Of a stretch of DNA of 64,000 nt, positions 62,624-64,000 are shown piece after piece. Position 1 is the stretch's first letter; the number at the start of each line of letters is the position of its first letter. Made by a program: the position numbers and the translations under genes. This DNA comes from Oopsacas minuta (lineage: Eukaryota > Animalia > Porifera): positions 182,194 to 246,193 of the forward strand of contig JAKMXF010000317.1 of the NCBI GenBank assembly GCA_024704765.1, written 5' to 3'. The notes under the pieces were generated by a model, which searched no databases, had not been told where the DNA came from, and was given only the letters and a program-made list of their open reading frames with translations.

Positions 62624-63652
62624 TAGCTCAGCTCTGTAACTAGAATAATGAAATAATTCAAATAATATAACTTATCTATTATGAGTATAAGTAATGAACT
62701 CTAATTATAAACACAAATCAACACAAATACCTGTACAGAGAGATTAGCGGAATATACTGTATTCTATTTAATTCATTTAATTGTAGAGGTTTGATATCTC
62801 TCTGTATAGGTCTGTTTCGTAACAAAATGACTACTATTTATATGATCATTTTGTTACAGCCTCTGTAACAAATGACTTGATACATGTTGTTATTGTTAAA
62901 GTACTTAAGCATGTTCGATATATTTTGTGAAGTTTTATTGAATTCTATTTACTTCCTTGATAAACACGATAAATACATAGTTGTGCTACAATTTCAAAAT
63001 TGCATACCGTAAATCCTTTCCTTGACAACGGACAAACAAACAGACAAACAAACAACAATTGAGATTAAACAATTTTACAATATATTACGGGACTATGGAT
63101 AAGACTAACATGTATATCATAAGTTGTTTCTTTGTTTAGACATAGGGATTGCAATAAATGGTTGATTTTCAACATTTTTCAGAATTTTGCAAGTAATAAC
63201 AGCAAATTCAATCGCCAGATTATTCCATAACGTATTGATGGTATGGGCATATGTTATTGAGGGACTAAAGTTAATAGCGACACGAGGTTGTACCTTGCTT
63301 CTCATAAATACACAGTAATTCAAATTCCTATTGCATTCATCTATGAATTATCTACGTATTAGATACAGATGTAATTTGAGATATTCTCTGGATATAATTC
63401 TATATACTTTTTGTGTTGTAGAGTGTAATTGAAACTTTCAAAATATATTATACACCCATACAGTAAAAAGGATTCAACAGGAATAGATAGAACAGTAAAC
63501 GTTCTGTATATAATTGAATTTACTACTTGAAAACTATTTCGAATCTTCAACAATAACAACAGCAACACCTTGCAACAACTCTCTATAAAGTGATCCTTGT
63601 TTGTATCAACAACTTATTGAGTGAGTTCATTTCTATTTTATTTCGTATGTAA

Positions 63653-63700
63653 CTAGCCCGCTTGGTAGCTGTGAATGATGTATGCTCGAGCACTTCGTGC
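63653..63700 (-). mobile_element. possible Helitron 3' terminus
   Basis: Minus strand gcac-gaa-gtgc mini-hairpin upstream of caagcgggCTAG|T. Confidence 0.3.
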
Positions 63701-64000
63701 CTAGGATTTACCTTAGGAGAGAATAGCAAAATGTTTTATAGCGCTTTTTAACATAAATTACTCTATTTTACAATTACAATATTATTCTTGCGATTCACAT
63801 GAATTACACAGGTCAACAAAATTTAACTTCATTTTCTCATCAAGTATTAGATTGACATTTTCTAAGCTAGTTTTTTACGCTGAATTCAAATCTGCTTTCA
63901 GATTCTTTCCAGCACGTCCAGTTTTTTTTCCATCTACAAGTCAACGATTTTTATGTATTTCCTAAATTTTCCTGTTATTTTATGGTAGTGGCTGTCTTTT

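Noticed and set aside
1-64000. CRISPR array, rRNA, tRNA or snRNA genes
   Set aside because: No regularly spaced repeat-spacer array, cloverleaf or conserved RNA gene motif was seen; a covariance-model scan (tRNAscan-SE, Infernal) would be needed to exclude them fully.

Overview
AT-rich animal-type genomic DNA with spliceosomal GT-AG introns. No rRNA, tRNA or CRISPR array was seen. The NHL gene expansion and FN3 receptors with very short introns suggest an early-branching metazoan such as a sponge; this is inference only. Host genes: (1) an NHL-repeat family, with a partial gene at 3-323, an intact intronless coiled-coil+NHL gene at 3340-4584, its pseudogenised tandem copy at 6080-7310 and a decayed copy near 62.0-62.6 kb; (2) an intact 3-exon HIBCH gene (378 aa) whose two introns (8.7 and 7.2 kb) are filled with transposons; (3) two diverged paralogous single-pass FN3 receptors without a kinase domain (41.8-43.2 kb, 57.8-59.3 kb) that keep the same three cytoplasmic tyrosine motifs. 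The rest is nested, mostly decayed transposons: Tc1 DD37E, mariner, maT DD37D, pogo, hAT, P/THAP, MULE, NOF-like, Merlin/ISXO2-like, Helitron, Gypsy, a LINE endonuclease, a Chapaev/Transib (RAG1-core-like) relic and many MITEs. Best leads: the tyrosine-motif receptor family, the RAG1-like transposase relic, and a 749-bp apparently perfect inverted duplication of a dead MULE inside a HIBCH intron.
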